Below, piece by piece: positions 12,688 through 22,137 of a stretch of DNA of 54,604 nt; the first letter of the stretch is position 1; every line of letters starts with the position of its first letter. A program made the position numbers and the translations under genes. The notes beneath the pieces were generated by a model. That model made no database searches. It was not told where the DNA came from and saw only the letters and a program-made list of their open reading frames with translations. Origin of the DNA: an uncultured Dechloromonas sp. (GTDB taxonomy: Bacteria; Pseudomonadota; Gammaproteobacteria; Burkholderiales; Rhodocyclaceae). The stretch lies in NCBI GenBank assembly GCA_964525545.1, contig CAZGHR010000002.1:1-54604 (forward strand), in the 5' to 3' direction.

Positions 12688-15231
12688 TTAAACAGAAACA
12701 GCTGGTTCGCTGACGTTAAAGTAACGTGTGGCAAGCAAATCATTGAGAGCGGAAGTTTCCTGAGACAGGATTGAGAAAGTAGCACGCAATTCGGTTAAAT
12801 CAGGAAGGCCTCCGATAGCCCATTCTGTCAGCTGAATGCCACTTTGCTCTAATCCTACAATGGCACTACCCGCATCAGACCCAAGACGCTGCAATGCCTG
12901 CTGCACGCCTTCGATTTGGAACCTTAAGGAGCGCGGATTGGTTGCATCAAGTAAAACGATACGGCGCATAGCACGCCAACTGGCAAGACCGGTAGTCTGG
13001 CTGCGAAATGAGCCAGAAGAATCGGTTAAATCCAGCAGCCAATCGAGCGGCTGATTCATTTCGTTGATAGCAGCGACTGACGCATCACCTTGCAGTAGTT
13101 GTGCAACGACTATATCCAGTGCTTTTGACAGCAACTGTAATCGTTCTATACGCCGACCTAACGATAAAAAGCGCCAACCGGCATCCCGGTTCATGGCGTC
13201 AAGGGAAAATCCGGACAAAGTTGTGATGCCTGCAACCGCTCGATCTAGCCAGACCAGAGTTGGTCCCAGCGTTAATTCAGCCGACATCGCCGGATCATTG
13301 ACGAGACGATTCATCGCGCGCCAGTGGTCATGGGAAATTCTGTCACGTAATGAAAATCCAACGCGCCCGAGTTCTTGCAAGGTTTGAGATAGTCCCTGAG
13401 GGTGTGATGGATTTGCTGCGCAACTGATGAGAGATTCGACAGAAATCTGGGCGGGATCTTTGCAACCAGAGGGGAGGGTGATGAGTCCGTATGACCAAGC
13501 GAGCTGATGCAGTGCGGTTAGGCTATTGCGACGTCCATGGTGTAGCCGTTCACTTAAAGCAAGCCGCAAAAGGCGTGCAATACCCTCAGCCCGTTCGGTG
13601 TAGCGGCCCATCCAGAATAGATTTTCTGCAACGCGCGATGGTACGCCGGTATAAATAACAGGGGCGGCAACATCCGTTTCACGCTCATTTAATACTAGCT
13701 CGTCGCTAACACCCGACTGTAAGACCCAGGTGTCTTTTGATGCGCCGCCTCGCTGCATGGAGACAATTCGAGCATCACGTTGAGATTCAACCCGGGTTAG
13801 CCCTCCGGGCATGATTTCATAACCCTGTTCGGTAGCAACTGCGTAAGCACGCAAACCTACTGATCGTGCATCGATTTGTAATGCACCCGGACGTCGATTC
13901 AGAACGGGGGCTTGAGAAAGTCGGACCCATTCTTGAGCGACATACTTATCCGGGCTGGATTCGATCTGTTCGAGTAGCGCATCACGCGCTTCTATACTAA
14001 GGTCTTGTCCGAAGATTGGTGCAAAATCACCAATGCCCTGTACTGATTTAATGACCAGATCTTCCAGGTTGGCCCGGACATAATTCATGGCAGCTGCTTC
14101 ACCACACCACCAGGTGCCTACGGATGGGAGCGCAAGCTCTTCACCTAGTAGGAATCGGCAAGCAGCGGGTAAAAAGCCCTGTAGTGCAGCTGACTCCACG
14201 ACACCACTGCCCAATGCATTTGCCAACAATACGGTACCACGTCGAGCGCAATCCGTCAGGCCGGCAACACCTAAGGCAGAATCGCTTCGCAGCTCGAGTG
14301 GGTCGCAATAAGCATCATCCTGCCGGCGAAGAATGGCATGAACACGCTGAAGGCCGCTAATGGTTTTAAGCCAGACAAAACCATCCCGCACGGTCAGGTC
14401 GCCACCCTCAACCAATGGGAAACCCAGGTACCGTGCCAATAGGCTATGTTCGTAGTAAGTCTCGTTGAGCGGTCCCGGTGTGAGTACCACTATCCGAGGT
14501 GATTCACCATTGCAAGGTGAGTGGTATGCCAATGACTCCCGAAATTTTGAGAAAAACTCGGTTAACGTTGCGACCGGCATTGTCGATAACAATTCCGGAA
14601 ACGCCCGCGACATAATCATTCTATTTTCTAGTGCATAGCCCGCGCCAGATGGTGCTTGAGTCCGATCGGCAACGACCCACCACTGTCCATCCGGTGAGCG
14701 GAGTAAATCGGCAGCATAACCATGAAGGAATACACCACCGGGTGCCTGTGTGCCAAATGCGGCAGGGAGCCAGCCACCTGCGCCATACACAACCTCAGGT
14801 GGAACAATACCTTCCTTCAATAGTGTTTGACTACCATAAAGGTCAGCAAGAATCAGGTTCAATAAACGGGCACGTTGCGCTAACCCATAGGAAAGCGTCG
14901 CCCATTCTTCCCCCGGTAACACAAGCGGCAGCTCGTCCAAAGCCCATGGGCGATCTTTTCCCTGGGGATCTGCATAGATTGTGTAGGTAATGCCTTCATC
15001 ACGAATGTGTTGTTGGGCAACTGCTAACCGTGACTCGATTTCAGCAGGTTGTGTGCTACCCAATAAATCCAGAATTGGTTGCCAGTGCGGTCTTGACGTG
15101 CCATCCGTATTGCAGAGCTCATCGTATCTCTCGGCAGCTGGATTGCGTTGGGCATAAGCCGATAGCAGTAATGAGCCAGCAGTTTGAGATTGAGATCGCT
15201 TTGATGCTACGGAATTCATATTTTTGGTCAA
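12688..15231 (-). CDS. Circularly permuted type 2 ATP-grasp ligase fused to an alpha-E domain
   Basis: DRTQAPSGAGYALENR, LTPGPLNETYYEH, MPGGLTRV, SMQRGGASKDTWV; alpha-E ER motifs MGRYTERAE and GRRIERL. Confidence 0.9.
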   Translation of the reverse strand: MTKNMNSVASKRSQSQTAGSLLLSAYAQRNPAAERYDELCNTDGTSRPHWQPILDLLGSTQPAEIESRLAVAQQHIRDEGITYTIYADPQGKDRPWALDELPLVLPGEEWATLSYGLAQRARLLNLILADLYGSQTLLKEGIVPPEVVYGAGGWLPAAFGTQAPGGVFLHGYAADLLRSPDGQWWVVADRTQAPSGAGYALENRMIMSRAFPELLSTMPVATLTEFFSKFRESLAYHSPCNGESPRIVVLTPGPLNETYYEHSLLARYLGFPLVEGGDLTVRDGFVWLKTISGLQRVHAILRRQDDAYCDPLELRSDSALGVAGLTDCARRGTVLLANALGSGVVESAALQGFLPAACRFLLGEELALPSVGTWWCGEAAAMNYVRANLEDLVIKSVQGIGDFAPIFGQDLSIEARDALLEQIESSPDKYVAQEWVRLSQAPVLNRRPGALQIDARSVGLRAYAVATEQGYEIMPGGLTRVESQRDARIVSMQRGGASKDTWVLQSGVSDELVLNERETDVAAPVIYTGVPSRVAENLFWMGRYTERAEGIARLLRLALSERLHHGRRNSLTALHQLAWSYGLITLPSGCKDPAQISVESLISCAANPSHPQGLSQTLQELGRVGFSLRDRISHDHWRAMNRLVNDPAMSAELTLGPTLVWLDRAVAGITTLSGFSLDAMNRDAGWRFLSLGRRIERLQLLSKALDIVVAQLLQGDASVAAINEMNQPLDWLLDLTDSSGSFRSQTTGLASWRAMRRIVLLDATNPRSLRFQIEGVQQALQRLGSDAGSAIVGLEQSGIQLTEWAIGGLPDLTELRATFSILSQETSALNDLLATRYFNVSEPAVSV

Positions 15232-15243
15232 TTAAGGCCCAAA

Positions 15244-18200
15244 TCAAGATAAGCGTAAATCCAAGGTAAACGGAAAGTCAGGATTAAGGTGCTGTTTATC
15301 AATCCTTATTTCGCCTGGAGTATGACCGATCCTAAAGAAGCGTGCCAGTCGGCGAGCCTCGGCCTCGTAAGCGTTTACCGGGAATGTATCGTAGTTACGG
15401 CCACCGGGGTGGGCGACATGATATTGACAGCCACCGAGTGAACGATGCATCCAGGTATCTACCAAGTCAAATGTGAGGGGCGCATGAACGCCAATTGTAG
15501 GGTGTAGGCAATTAGGCGGTTGCCAGGCACGGTAGCGGACGCCGGCAACATATTCGCCTTGTGTGCCGGTTGGGTGTAATGGCACAACCTCACCATTACA
15601 GGTAACGACATGCCGACCTTCGACAAACCCGTTTACTTTGATCTGGACCCGTTCCAATGATGAATCTACGTAGCGTACAGTGCCACCCTGCATGCCTTCT
15701 TCGCCCATAACATGCCATGGTTCCAAAGCCATTCGAATATCCATGCGTACATTATTAACATCCATCTCACCAATATGCGGAAAGCGGAATTCATAATGTG
15801 GCGCAAACCACTCCGGCTTGAATGCGTAGCCTGCCTGGTTAAGCTCTTCGATTACATCGCATAGATCTGCCCAGATGAAATGGGGCAACATATAGCGGTC
15901 GTGAAGTCCTGTACCCCAGCGAATGAGACTTGAAGGCTGATAAGGTGTCTTCCAGAAGCGCGCTACTAGAGCCCGCATTAACAGCTGCTGGGCTAGGCTC
16001 ATACGGGCATGCGGTGGCATTTCAAAAGCACGCATTTCAAGTAAGCCCAATCGTCCTGTTGAACTATCTGGCGAGTACAACTTGTCAATACAAAACTCTG
16101 CGCGATGCGTATTGCCCGTGACATCCACCAGTAGATTACGCAGCGCCCGGTCGACCATCCAAGGGGGTACATTGTTAAACAGGGTTTGCTGCCGACGCAT
16201 TTCTTCAAAAGCGACTTCAAGCTCGCGTATGGATTCATGACGCGCTTCATCAACACGTGGTGCCTGACTTGTAGGTCCGATAAACAGTCCGGAAAATAAG
16301 TACGATAAGGCAGGGTGGTTATGCCAATAAGCCACCATGCTGGCGAGCAGGTCAGGTCGTCTTAAAAATGGTGAGTCAGAAGGTGTGGCGCCCCCCAGAA
16401 CAAAGTGGTTTCCACCGCCTGTGCCAGTGTGACGTCCATCCACCATAAATTTTTCGGTAGAAAGTCGGGTTTGATGTGCCGCCTCATAGAGGAAGTTTGT
16501 ATGCTTTGTCAGTTCGGACCAGTTCGCGGCAGGTTGAACGTTGACTTCGATGACACCGGGGTCCGGTGTTACGCGCAAAACAGTCAGCCGGTTATCTCGT
16601 GGCGGTTCGTAGCCCTCGATAATCACGGGCAATCCCATAGCCTCAGCAGTAGACTCAACTGCTGCAAGTACCTCTAGGTAATCCTCAAGGCAGGTTGTCG
16701 GTGGCATGAAAATGTAAAGCTTCCCGCCCCTTGGTTCAGCACACATACAGGTGCGGGTTATCCAGGCCGCGGATTCAAACATGGCAGGTTTTTTTAGGGC
16801 ATCAAGCGGATTGCTGCTAATTCTTTTACCAGATGCGACACCAATATCGCCCGCCGATAATCTTTGTCTGACGTCACCCACTTGAACACGAAGTTGTGCG
16901 TGTGTCGGTAGGGGGGCTTTATCTATACTAGGGTCTTCAGCATTAACATAAGGGAATTCACCACGGCTAACCCATGGTTGAGAATCCAGGGGGAGACGGT
17001 AGCCAATAGGCGAGTCTCCCGGTATCAAATAACAGCGCTCATCCCGCAAGAACCAGGGGCCGCTTTGCCAACCAGGCCCGCCGACATTTCGGGCAATGGG
17101 GAGCACCTGGCCGATCGTTTTATCGAGCCCCTGCATATAAACTTTGCGCAGCCGGTCACGTTCCAGCTCATCGTCGAGGCGTGAGTCGAATGGATCGACG
17201 TTCTCTGGAAGGCGACGTTCGCGCCATAGGTAATACCAGACGTCTTCGAAGGCGGGGAATACCCATTTGGGTAAAACCCCCAATCTTTCGGCTACGCCTT
17301 TCAAGAAAATACCAGCATCTTCGGCAGATACCCCGTAGTCTAAAGACTCGTCTGCGACTAGGGCTGGATTAATCCAGAGCGGTTCTCCGTCTTTACGCCA
17401 GAAAATGTTGAGCGACCATCTGGGGAGCTGTTCCCCCGGATACCATTTTCCCTGACCATAGTGACGTAAGCCAAAAGGTGCATATTCTGAGCGCAACTTG
17501 TCCAGCAAAGAAGCGCTTAGAATCCGTTTGGTTGGCCCCATGGCTTCGGTGTTCCACTCGGCGCCATCGCGATCATCGACTGATACGAACGTAGGTTCAC
17601 CGCCTTGCGTCAGCCGAACGTCTTGTTTTTGTAGATCAAGATCTACCTGATGACCAACAGTGTCGATTTCTAACCAGACATCATCGCTGTAGGGCTTTGT
17701 AACTCTTGGCGCTTCCCAGATACGGGAAACGCTCATGCTGTGCTCAAATGTGCTTTCGCATTGATCAATGCCGCCGCTCACTGGTGCAGCTGAACCGGGG
17801 TCTGGGGAACAGGCAACGGGGATATGGCCTTCGCCGGCCAATAGTCCAGATGTTGGGTCAAGGCCAATCCAGCCTGCACCAGGCAGATAGACTTCACACC
17901 ATGCATGCAGATCCGTAAAGTCGATTTCCGGCCCAGAGGGGCCATCGAGGGATTTGATATCTGGAGCAAGCTGTATCAAATAGCCAGACACAAACCGCGC
18001 TGCGAGACCAAGGTGCCGTGCGACCTGAACCATTAACCATGCAGAGTCTCGACAGGAGCCTGATCGTTTGGTGAGCGTTTCCTCCGGGGTCTGTACACCG
18101 GGTTCCATACGAATCGTGTAACGGATGTCATTATGAATCCGCTGGTTTAATCCAACCAGAAAATCGATGGTGCGTACTTTCTTACATGGGATGCTTCTCA

Positions 18201-18591
18201 GGTACGCATTCAACTGTGGGCGAGGCGTGATGCAAGCCCGATAAGGTTGCAATTCGATGGCTTGTTCGCCGGGATATGAAAAGGGGAAGTTTTCGGCGCG
18301 TGGTTCAAGAAAAAAATCAAACGGATTGTGCACAGCCATTTCGGCAACAAAGTCTACTTCGATGCGAAACTCGGTTGTTTTTTCTGGAAATACCAGTCGT
18401 GCTAGGTAGTTAGCTTGTGGATCCTGTTGCCAGTTAATAAAGTGCTCACCCGGCGTCACCTTCATCGAATAGCTGAGAATACGTGTTCTAGCGTGAGCAC
18501 AAGGTCTCAGGCGAATAATCTGTGGCCCTAAGTTAACGGGCCGATCATAGCGATAGTGGGTAACGTGGTTTAGTGCAACATGGATGGACAC
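15244..18591 (-). CDS. Transglutaminase fused to a DUF2126 putative COOH-NH2 amidoligase
   Basis: TGase triad GSCRDSA / LHAW / LDPT; C-terminal GGEPTF, DPGVIEVN, HTGTGGGNH, HRAEFCIDKL, LLEMRAF; ends PFTLDLR. GTG start after GGAG. Confidence 0.9.
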   Translation of the reverse strand: MSIHVALNHVTHYRYDRPVNLGPQIIRLRPCAHARTRILSYSMKVTPGEHFINWQQDPQANYLARLVFPEKTTEFRIEVDFVAEMAVHNPFDFFLEPRAENFPFSYPGEQAIELQPYRACITPRPQLNAYLRSIPCKKVRTIDFLVGLNQRIHNDIRYTIRMEPGVQTPEETLTKRSGSCRDSAWLMVQVARHLGLAARFVSGYLIQLAPDIKSLDGPSGPEIDFTDLHAWCEVYLPGAGWIGLDPTSGLLAGEGHIPVACSPDPGSAAPVSGGIDQCESTFEHSMSVSRIWEAPRVTKPYSDDVWLEIDTVGHQVDLDLQKQDVRLTQGGEPTFVSVDDRDGAEWNTEAMGPTKRILSASLLDKLRSEYAPFGLRHYGQGKWYPGEQLPRWSLNIFWRKDGEPLWINPALVADESLDYGVSAEDAGIFLKGVAERLGVLPKWVFPAFEDVWYYLWRERRLPENVDPFDSRLDDELERDRLRKVYMQGLDKTIGQVLPIARNVGGPGWQSGPWFLRDERCYLIPGDSPIGYRLPLDSQPWVSRGEFPYVNAEDPSIDKAPLPTHAQLRVQVGDVRQRLSAGDIGVASGKRISSNPLDALKKPAMFESAAWITRTCMCAEPRGGKLYIFMPPTTCLEDYLEVLAAVESTAEAMGLPVIIEGYEPPRDNRLTVLRVTPDPGVIEVNVQPAANWSELTKHTNFLYEAAHQTRLSTEKFMVDGRHTGTGGGNHFVLGGATPSDSPFLRRPDLLASMVAYWHNHPALSYLFSGLFIGPTSQAPRVDEARHESIRELEVAFEEMRRQQTLFNNVPPWMVDRALRNLLVDVTGNTHRAEFCIDKLYSPDSSTGRLGLLEMRAFEMPPHARMSLAQQLLMRALVARFWKTPYQPSSLIRWGTGLHDRYMLPHFIWADLCDVIEELNQAGYAFKPEWFAPHYEFRFPHIGEMDVNNVRMDIRMALEPWHVMGEEGMQGGTVRYVDSSLERVQIKVNGFVEGRHVVTCNGEVVPLHPTGTQGEYVAGVRYRAWQPPNCLHPTIGVHAPLTFDLVDTWMHRSLGGCQYHVAHPGGRNYDTFPVNAYEAEARRLARFFRIGHTPGEIRIDKQHLNPDFPFTLDLRLS

Positions 18592-18629
18592 AGCTTAACT
18601 CCGGAGATGTCATGGGACACTTCCTGTTA

Positions 18630-18646
18630 TGCAAAAGCTATGCCAA
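18630..18646 (-). promoter_or_regulatory. Sigma54 (RpoN) -24/-12 promoter motif upstream of the DUF2126 gene
   Basis: Minus strand reads TTGGCATAGCTTTTGCA, i.e. GG-N10-GC, about 40 bp upstream of the start codon. Confidence 0.75.
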
Positions 18647-18681
18647 ACCTATGCAAAATCGACAGTGCGGAGATAGAAAGC

Positions 18682-19503
18682 TTACTGTTGTCCTGCAAGC
18701 GTTTGAATCGGGTGTGTTGGCCGTGTTTCCATTGAATTGCCTACACGTAACGAAACCAAACGTGCTTCTTCGGCACTGGTTTCTGCCCATACGGGATTGG
18801 GTAGCGCACTGAACACTTCTTTCAACTTCTCACCCCAAAGATCATGGATGCTATTGAAGTAGGCATTTGTTGAATCAATGTGCGTAAAGTGCGTAATTTC
18901 AAGCGAGTCGGTTTTGTAAACCAACATGTCTAGCGGTAAGCCAACAGAGAGGTTAGACCGCAGAGTCGAGTCCATGGAGACCAGTGCACATTTCGCTGCG
19001 TCTCCTAAAGAAGTTTCGGGACGAATGACTCTATCCAGAATCGGCTTACCGTATTTGGATTCACCAATCTGGAGGTAGGGTTTCTCTTCAGCGCATTCGA
19101 TGAAATTACCTGCTGAATAAACTTCGAAAATGCGGCATCGCTCTTTGCCAATCTGACCGCCAACGATCAGGCTGCAGTTAAAATCGATGCCAAATTGAGC
19201 CAGTGCTTTGGCATCGCGTTGGTGCACAAAACGCACAGCGTCACCGACTCTTTGGGCAACGTCGTACATGCTTTCTGCGGCAAGCAAACCCTTTTCGTGC
19301 TCCATGTTCTCAGCAAGTACCTGACGAACCGCCTGTGTGATCGCTAGGTTGCCAGCTGACATCATTACAATGACACGATCCCCTGGTCGTTCGACCAAGC
19401 TCATCTTACGGAAAGTGCTGATCTGATCGATCCCCGCATTTGTACGGGCATCAGACAAAAAAACAAGGCCGGCATTAAGCCGCAAAGCTACGCAGTAAGT
19501 CAT
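18682..19503 (-). CDS. Proteasome-type Ntn protease (Anbu)
   Basis: M-T-YCV with the N-terminal Thr nucleophile; DARTNAGID, SAGNLAITQ, YSAGNFIE, QIGESKYGKPILDR, SMDSTLRSNLSVG. Confidence 0.93.
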   Translation of the reverse strand: MTYCVALRLNAGLVFLSDARTNAGIDQISTFRKMSLVERPGDRVIVMMSAGNLAITQAVRQVLAENMEHEKGLLAAESMYDVAQRVGDAVRFVHQRDAKALAQFGIDFNCSLIVGGQIGKERCRIFEVYSAGNFIECAEEKPYLQIGESKYGKPILDRVIRPETSLGDAAKCALVSMDSTLRSNLSVGLPLDMLVYKTDSLEITHFTHIDSTNAYFNSIHDLWGEKLKEVFSALPNPVWAETSAEEARLVSLRVGNSMETRPTHPIQTLAGQQ

Positions 19504-19519
19504 ATGTAATCAGTAAACG

Positions 19520-20485
19520 TCAGAGAACCAAGAAATCCTGGCGAATTCTAACGCCTAGATCATCAATTTCGGCGAGTAATTGCGTTAACCATGAATGTAG
19601 GCCCTCTACAGCGATTTCCTCAAGGGTTAAATAACGAAGTTTTGCCGCTAACTTGCCTGCTCGTCTGCGTGTTTCTGCTGAGTTGCCATTGCCAACATTC
19701 TCGAGGTTTTCAACGACTTCGTTAATGCATGAAGCGATTGAACGGGGTACATCCGGGTTAAGTATCAACAGTTCAGCGACACGAGATCCGTTGATTGTGT
19801 CCCGATAGACCTTACGATAGGCTTCAAATGCTGATAATGAACGCAAAACAGCTTCCCAATGATAGAACTCACGCACGGCAAATTCTGGATCGTCTGGGTC
19901 TAGCATGCCTGCCTTGGCATCCATGGTCTCAATATGATGAAACCGTAAATCAATCATCCGCGCAGTACTGTCGGCACGTTCAATGAATGTGCCGAGTCTA
20001 ACGAAGCGGAACGCCTCGTCCTTGAACATCGTGCCAATCGTAATCCCGCGTGAAAGATGCGAACGCATTTGCACCCACTCAAAGAATTTTCCGGGTTCTT
20101 TGAGTGGTAAACCTGCTTCACACAATTGAAGAAACTCAAGCCAGGTAGTGTTTATAGCTTCCCACATGCCGGTAGTGATCTGACCACGCACAGCGCGGGC
20201 GTTTTCTCTGGCATTGTGAAGGCTACACCATATGGATGATGGGTTCTCTTCATCAAGCACCATGAATCGGATGACAGACTCCGGATTTACATCACCAAAT
20301 TTTTTCTGATAGATGGGTAGCAACTCAGCGAGGCCTAACATCCCGGCGAGGCTCGCTTCTGCCTCTCGTTGTTGGCCGGGCAATAGAGATTGCTGCAGAC
20401 CGATGTCGATCAATCGGGCTGTGTTTTCGGCACGCTCGGTGTAGCGTGCCATCCAGTACAGACTATCAGCGGTGCGGGAAAGCAT
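19520..20485 (-). CDS. Alpha-E domain protein (DUF403)
   Basis: MLSRTADSLYWMARYTERAENTAR and LGTFIERADSTAR duplicated ER motifs; PRSI motif. Confidence 0.92.
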   Translation of the reverse strand: MLSRTADSLYWMARYTERAENTARLIDIGLQQSLLPGQQREAEASLAGMLGLAELLPIYQKKFGDVNPESVIRFMVLDEENPSSIWCSLHNARENARAVRGQITTGMWEAINTTWLEFLQLCEAGLPLKEPGKFFEWVQMRSHLSRGITIGTMFKDEAFRFVRLGTFIERADSTARMIDLRFHHIETMDAKAGMLDPDDPEFAVREFYHWEAVLRSLSAFEAYRKVYRDTINGSRVAELLILNPDVPRSIASCINEVVENLENVGNGNSAETRRRAGKLAAKLRYLTLEEIAVEGLHSWLTQLLAEIDDLGVRIRQDFLVL

Positions 20486-20534
20486 GAGACTTCCTTAAGT
20501 TTTTACGGCTGCAATAAAATAGATTAATGAGTGT

Positions 20535-21941
20535 TTAATCGGCGGCAACCCAGGTATCTTTAGTGCCGCCGCCCTGAGAGGAGTTGACCACTAACGACCC
20601 CTCTTTGAGTGCGACCCGGGTTAGGCCGCCAGGTACCATTCGAATACCACTCGGTGAGCTTAGTACGAATGGACGTAAGTCGATATGACGTGGCGCAATG
20701 CCTTTTTCTACCATCGTCGGACAAGTTGATAGCGATAGCGTTGGCTGAGCAATATAAGCATCTGGCTGAGCAATCAATTTGGCACGAAAATCGGCAATCT
20801 CGGCTTTAGATGCGGATGGTCCAATCAACATGCCGTAGCCGCCTGCACCATGAACCTCCTTAACAACCAGTTTTTCCAGGTTATCAAGTACGTATTTGAG
20901 AGAGTCGCTTTCTGAGCAGATGTGAGTCGGCACATTATGCAGAATCGGTTCCTGGCCTAGGTAGAAACGGATCATTTCCGGAACATACGGGTAAATCGAT
21001 TTGTCATCGGCAACCCCGGTGCCAACCGCGTTGGCAAGTGTGACGCGACCAGCACGATAAGCGCGCATCAGACCGCGAACGCCAAGCATGGAATCTTTGT
21101 TGAATACCTCTGGGTCGAGATAGTCATCGTCAATCCGGCGGTAAATGACATCAACACGCTTCTTGCCGTGGGTTGTTTGCATGTAGACCGTGTCATCTTC
21201 AACAACAAGATCTTTGCCTTCAACCAATTCAACTCCCATTTGTTGCGCGAGGAATGCATGCTCAAAGTACGCAGAGTTGTACAAGCCAGGGGTAAGAACC
21301 ACCACTGTTGGATCTTCCAGTGCATCAGGAGCGCCTTGGCGTAAAGTTTCCAAAAGCAGATCGGGATAGTGCGCTACAGGGGCAACCCGGTGTGCGCTGA
21401 ATAAGTCTGGAAACAACCGCATCATCATCTTGCGGTTTTCTAGCATGTAAGACACACCAGACGGGACCCGGAGATTGTCTTCTAGGACATACCATTCATC
21501 TTCGCCAACGCAGACTAGGTCAATGCCTGCAATCATCGAATAAATGCCTGAAGGCAGATTCAGATCCAGCATCTCCTTCCGAAACTGAGTGTTACCAAGT
21601 ACCCGATTGGCGGGAATAATGCCGGCTCGAAGGATATCCCCGCGGCCATAGACATCTTTCAAGAAGAGGTTCAAGGCCTGAACGCGTTGGGCAAGGCCTT
21701 TCTCGAGTCGAGCCCAGTGAGCGGCAGGAATGATGCGTGGGACTAAATCAAAGGGAATCAGCCGTTCGGTACCGACATCGTCACCATAAACAGAAAATGT
21801 AATGCCGACTTGTCGGAATAAGTGGTCGGCCTCTGCTTTCTTGGTTTCCAGGTAACCAGACTCGCGTGCAGACTTCCAGGTCTCGAATCCTTGATAATGT
21901 GGACGGACTGAACCGTTTTCTAGCAGCATTTCGTCAAACAT
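20535..21941 (-). CDS. Circularly permuted type 2 ATP-grasp protein
   Basis: GITFSVY, PFDLVPRII, EDNLRVPSGVSY, LTPGLYNSAYFEH, YRRIDD, GTGVADDK, GGLTRVAL, NSSQGGGTKDTWV. Confidence 0.93.
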   Translation of the reverse strand: MFDEMLLENGSVRPHYQGFETWKSARESGYLETKKAEADHLFRQVGITFSVYGDDVGTERLIPFDLVPRIIPAAHWARLEKGLAQRVQALNLFLKDVYGRGDILRAGIIPANRVLGNTQFRKEMLDLNLPSGIYSMIAGIDLVCVGEDEWYVLEDNLRVPSGVSYMLENRKMMMRLFPDLFSAHRVAPVAHYPDLLLETLRQGAPDALEDPTVVVLTPGLYNSAYFEHAFLAQQMGVELVEGKDLVVEDDTVYMQTTHGKKRVDVIYRRIDDDYLDPEVFNKDSMLGVRGLMRAYRAGRVTLANAVGTGVADDKSIYPYVPEMIRFYLGQEPILHNVPTHICSESDSLKYVLDNLEKLVVKEVHGAGGYGMLIGPSASKAEIADFRAKLIAQPDAYIAQPTLSLSTCPTMVEKGIAPRHIDLRPFVLSSPSGIRMVPGGLTRVALKEGSLVVNSSQGGGTKDTWVAAD

Positions 21942-21981
21942 GATCTTCCTCGTAAATCCTAATGGGCTACAAGTAGATCAA

Positions 21982-21998
21982 TACAAGAATCGTGCCAG
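21982..21998 (-). promoter_or_regulatory. Sigma54-like -24/-12 promoter motif upstream of the ATP-grasp/alpha-E/Anbu operon
   Basis: Minus strand reads CTGGCACGATTCTTGTA: a consensus -24 element TGGCACG with -12 TTGT instead of TTGC; about 40 bp upstream of the ATG. Confidence 0.65.
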
Positions 21999-22067
21999 AA
22001 TTTGGTGTGTGCTAAGAAATATTGGTGCGCTATGAATGGGCGCAGCCTCGTTTGGTGTTATGTGCGC

Positions 22068-22084
22068 CGCACTTCGTTGGTGCG
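22068..22084. promoter_or_regulatory. Putative NtrC-type enhancer box
   Basis: CGCACTTCGTTGGTGCG fits GCAC-N7-GTGC. Extra TGGTG(C) half-sites lie nearby at about 22003, 22023, 22053 and 22108. The box is 70-86 bp upstream of the -24 element. Confidence 0.55.
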
Positions 22085-22137
22085 TTGCCAAGGCGGCATC
22101 CCCAAGATGGTGCTTTGACCATCGCTCCAGGTAGTAC

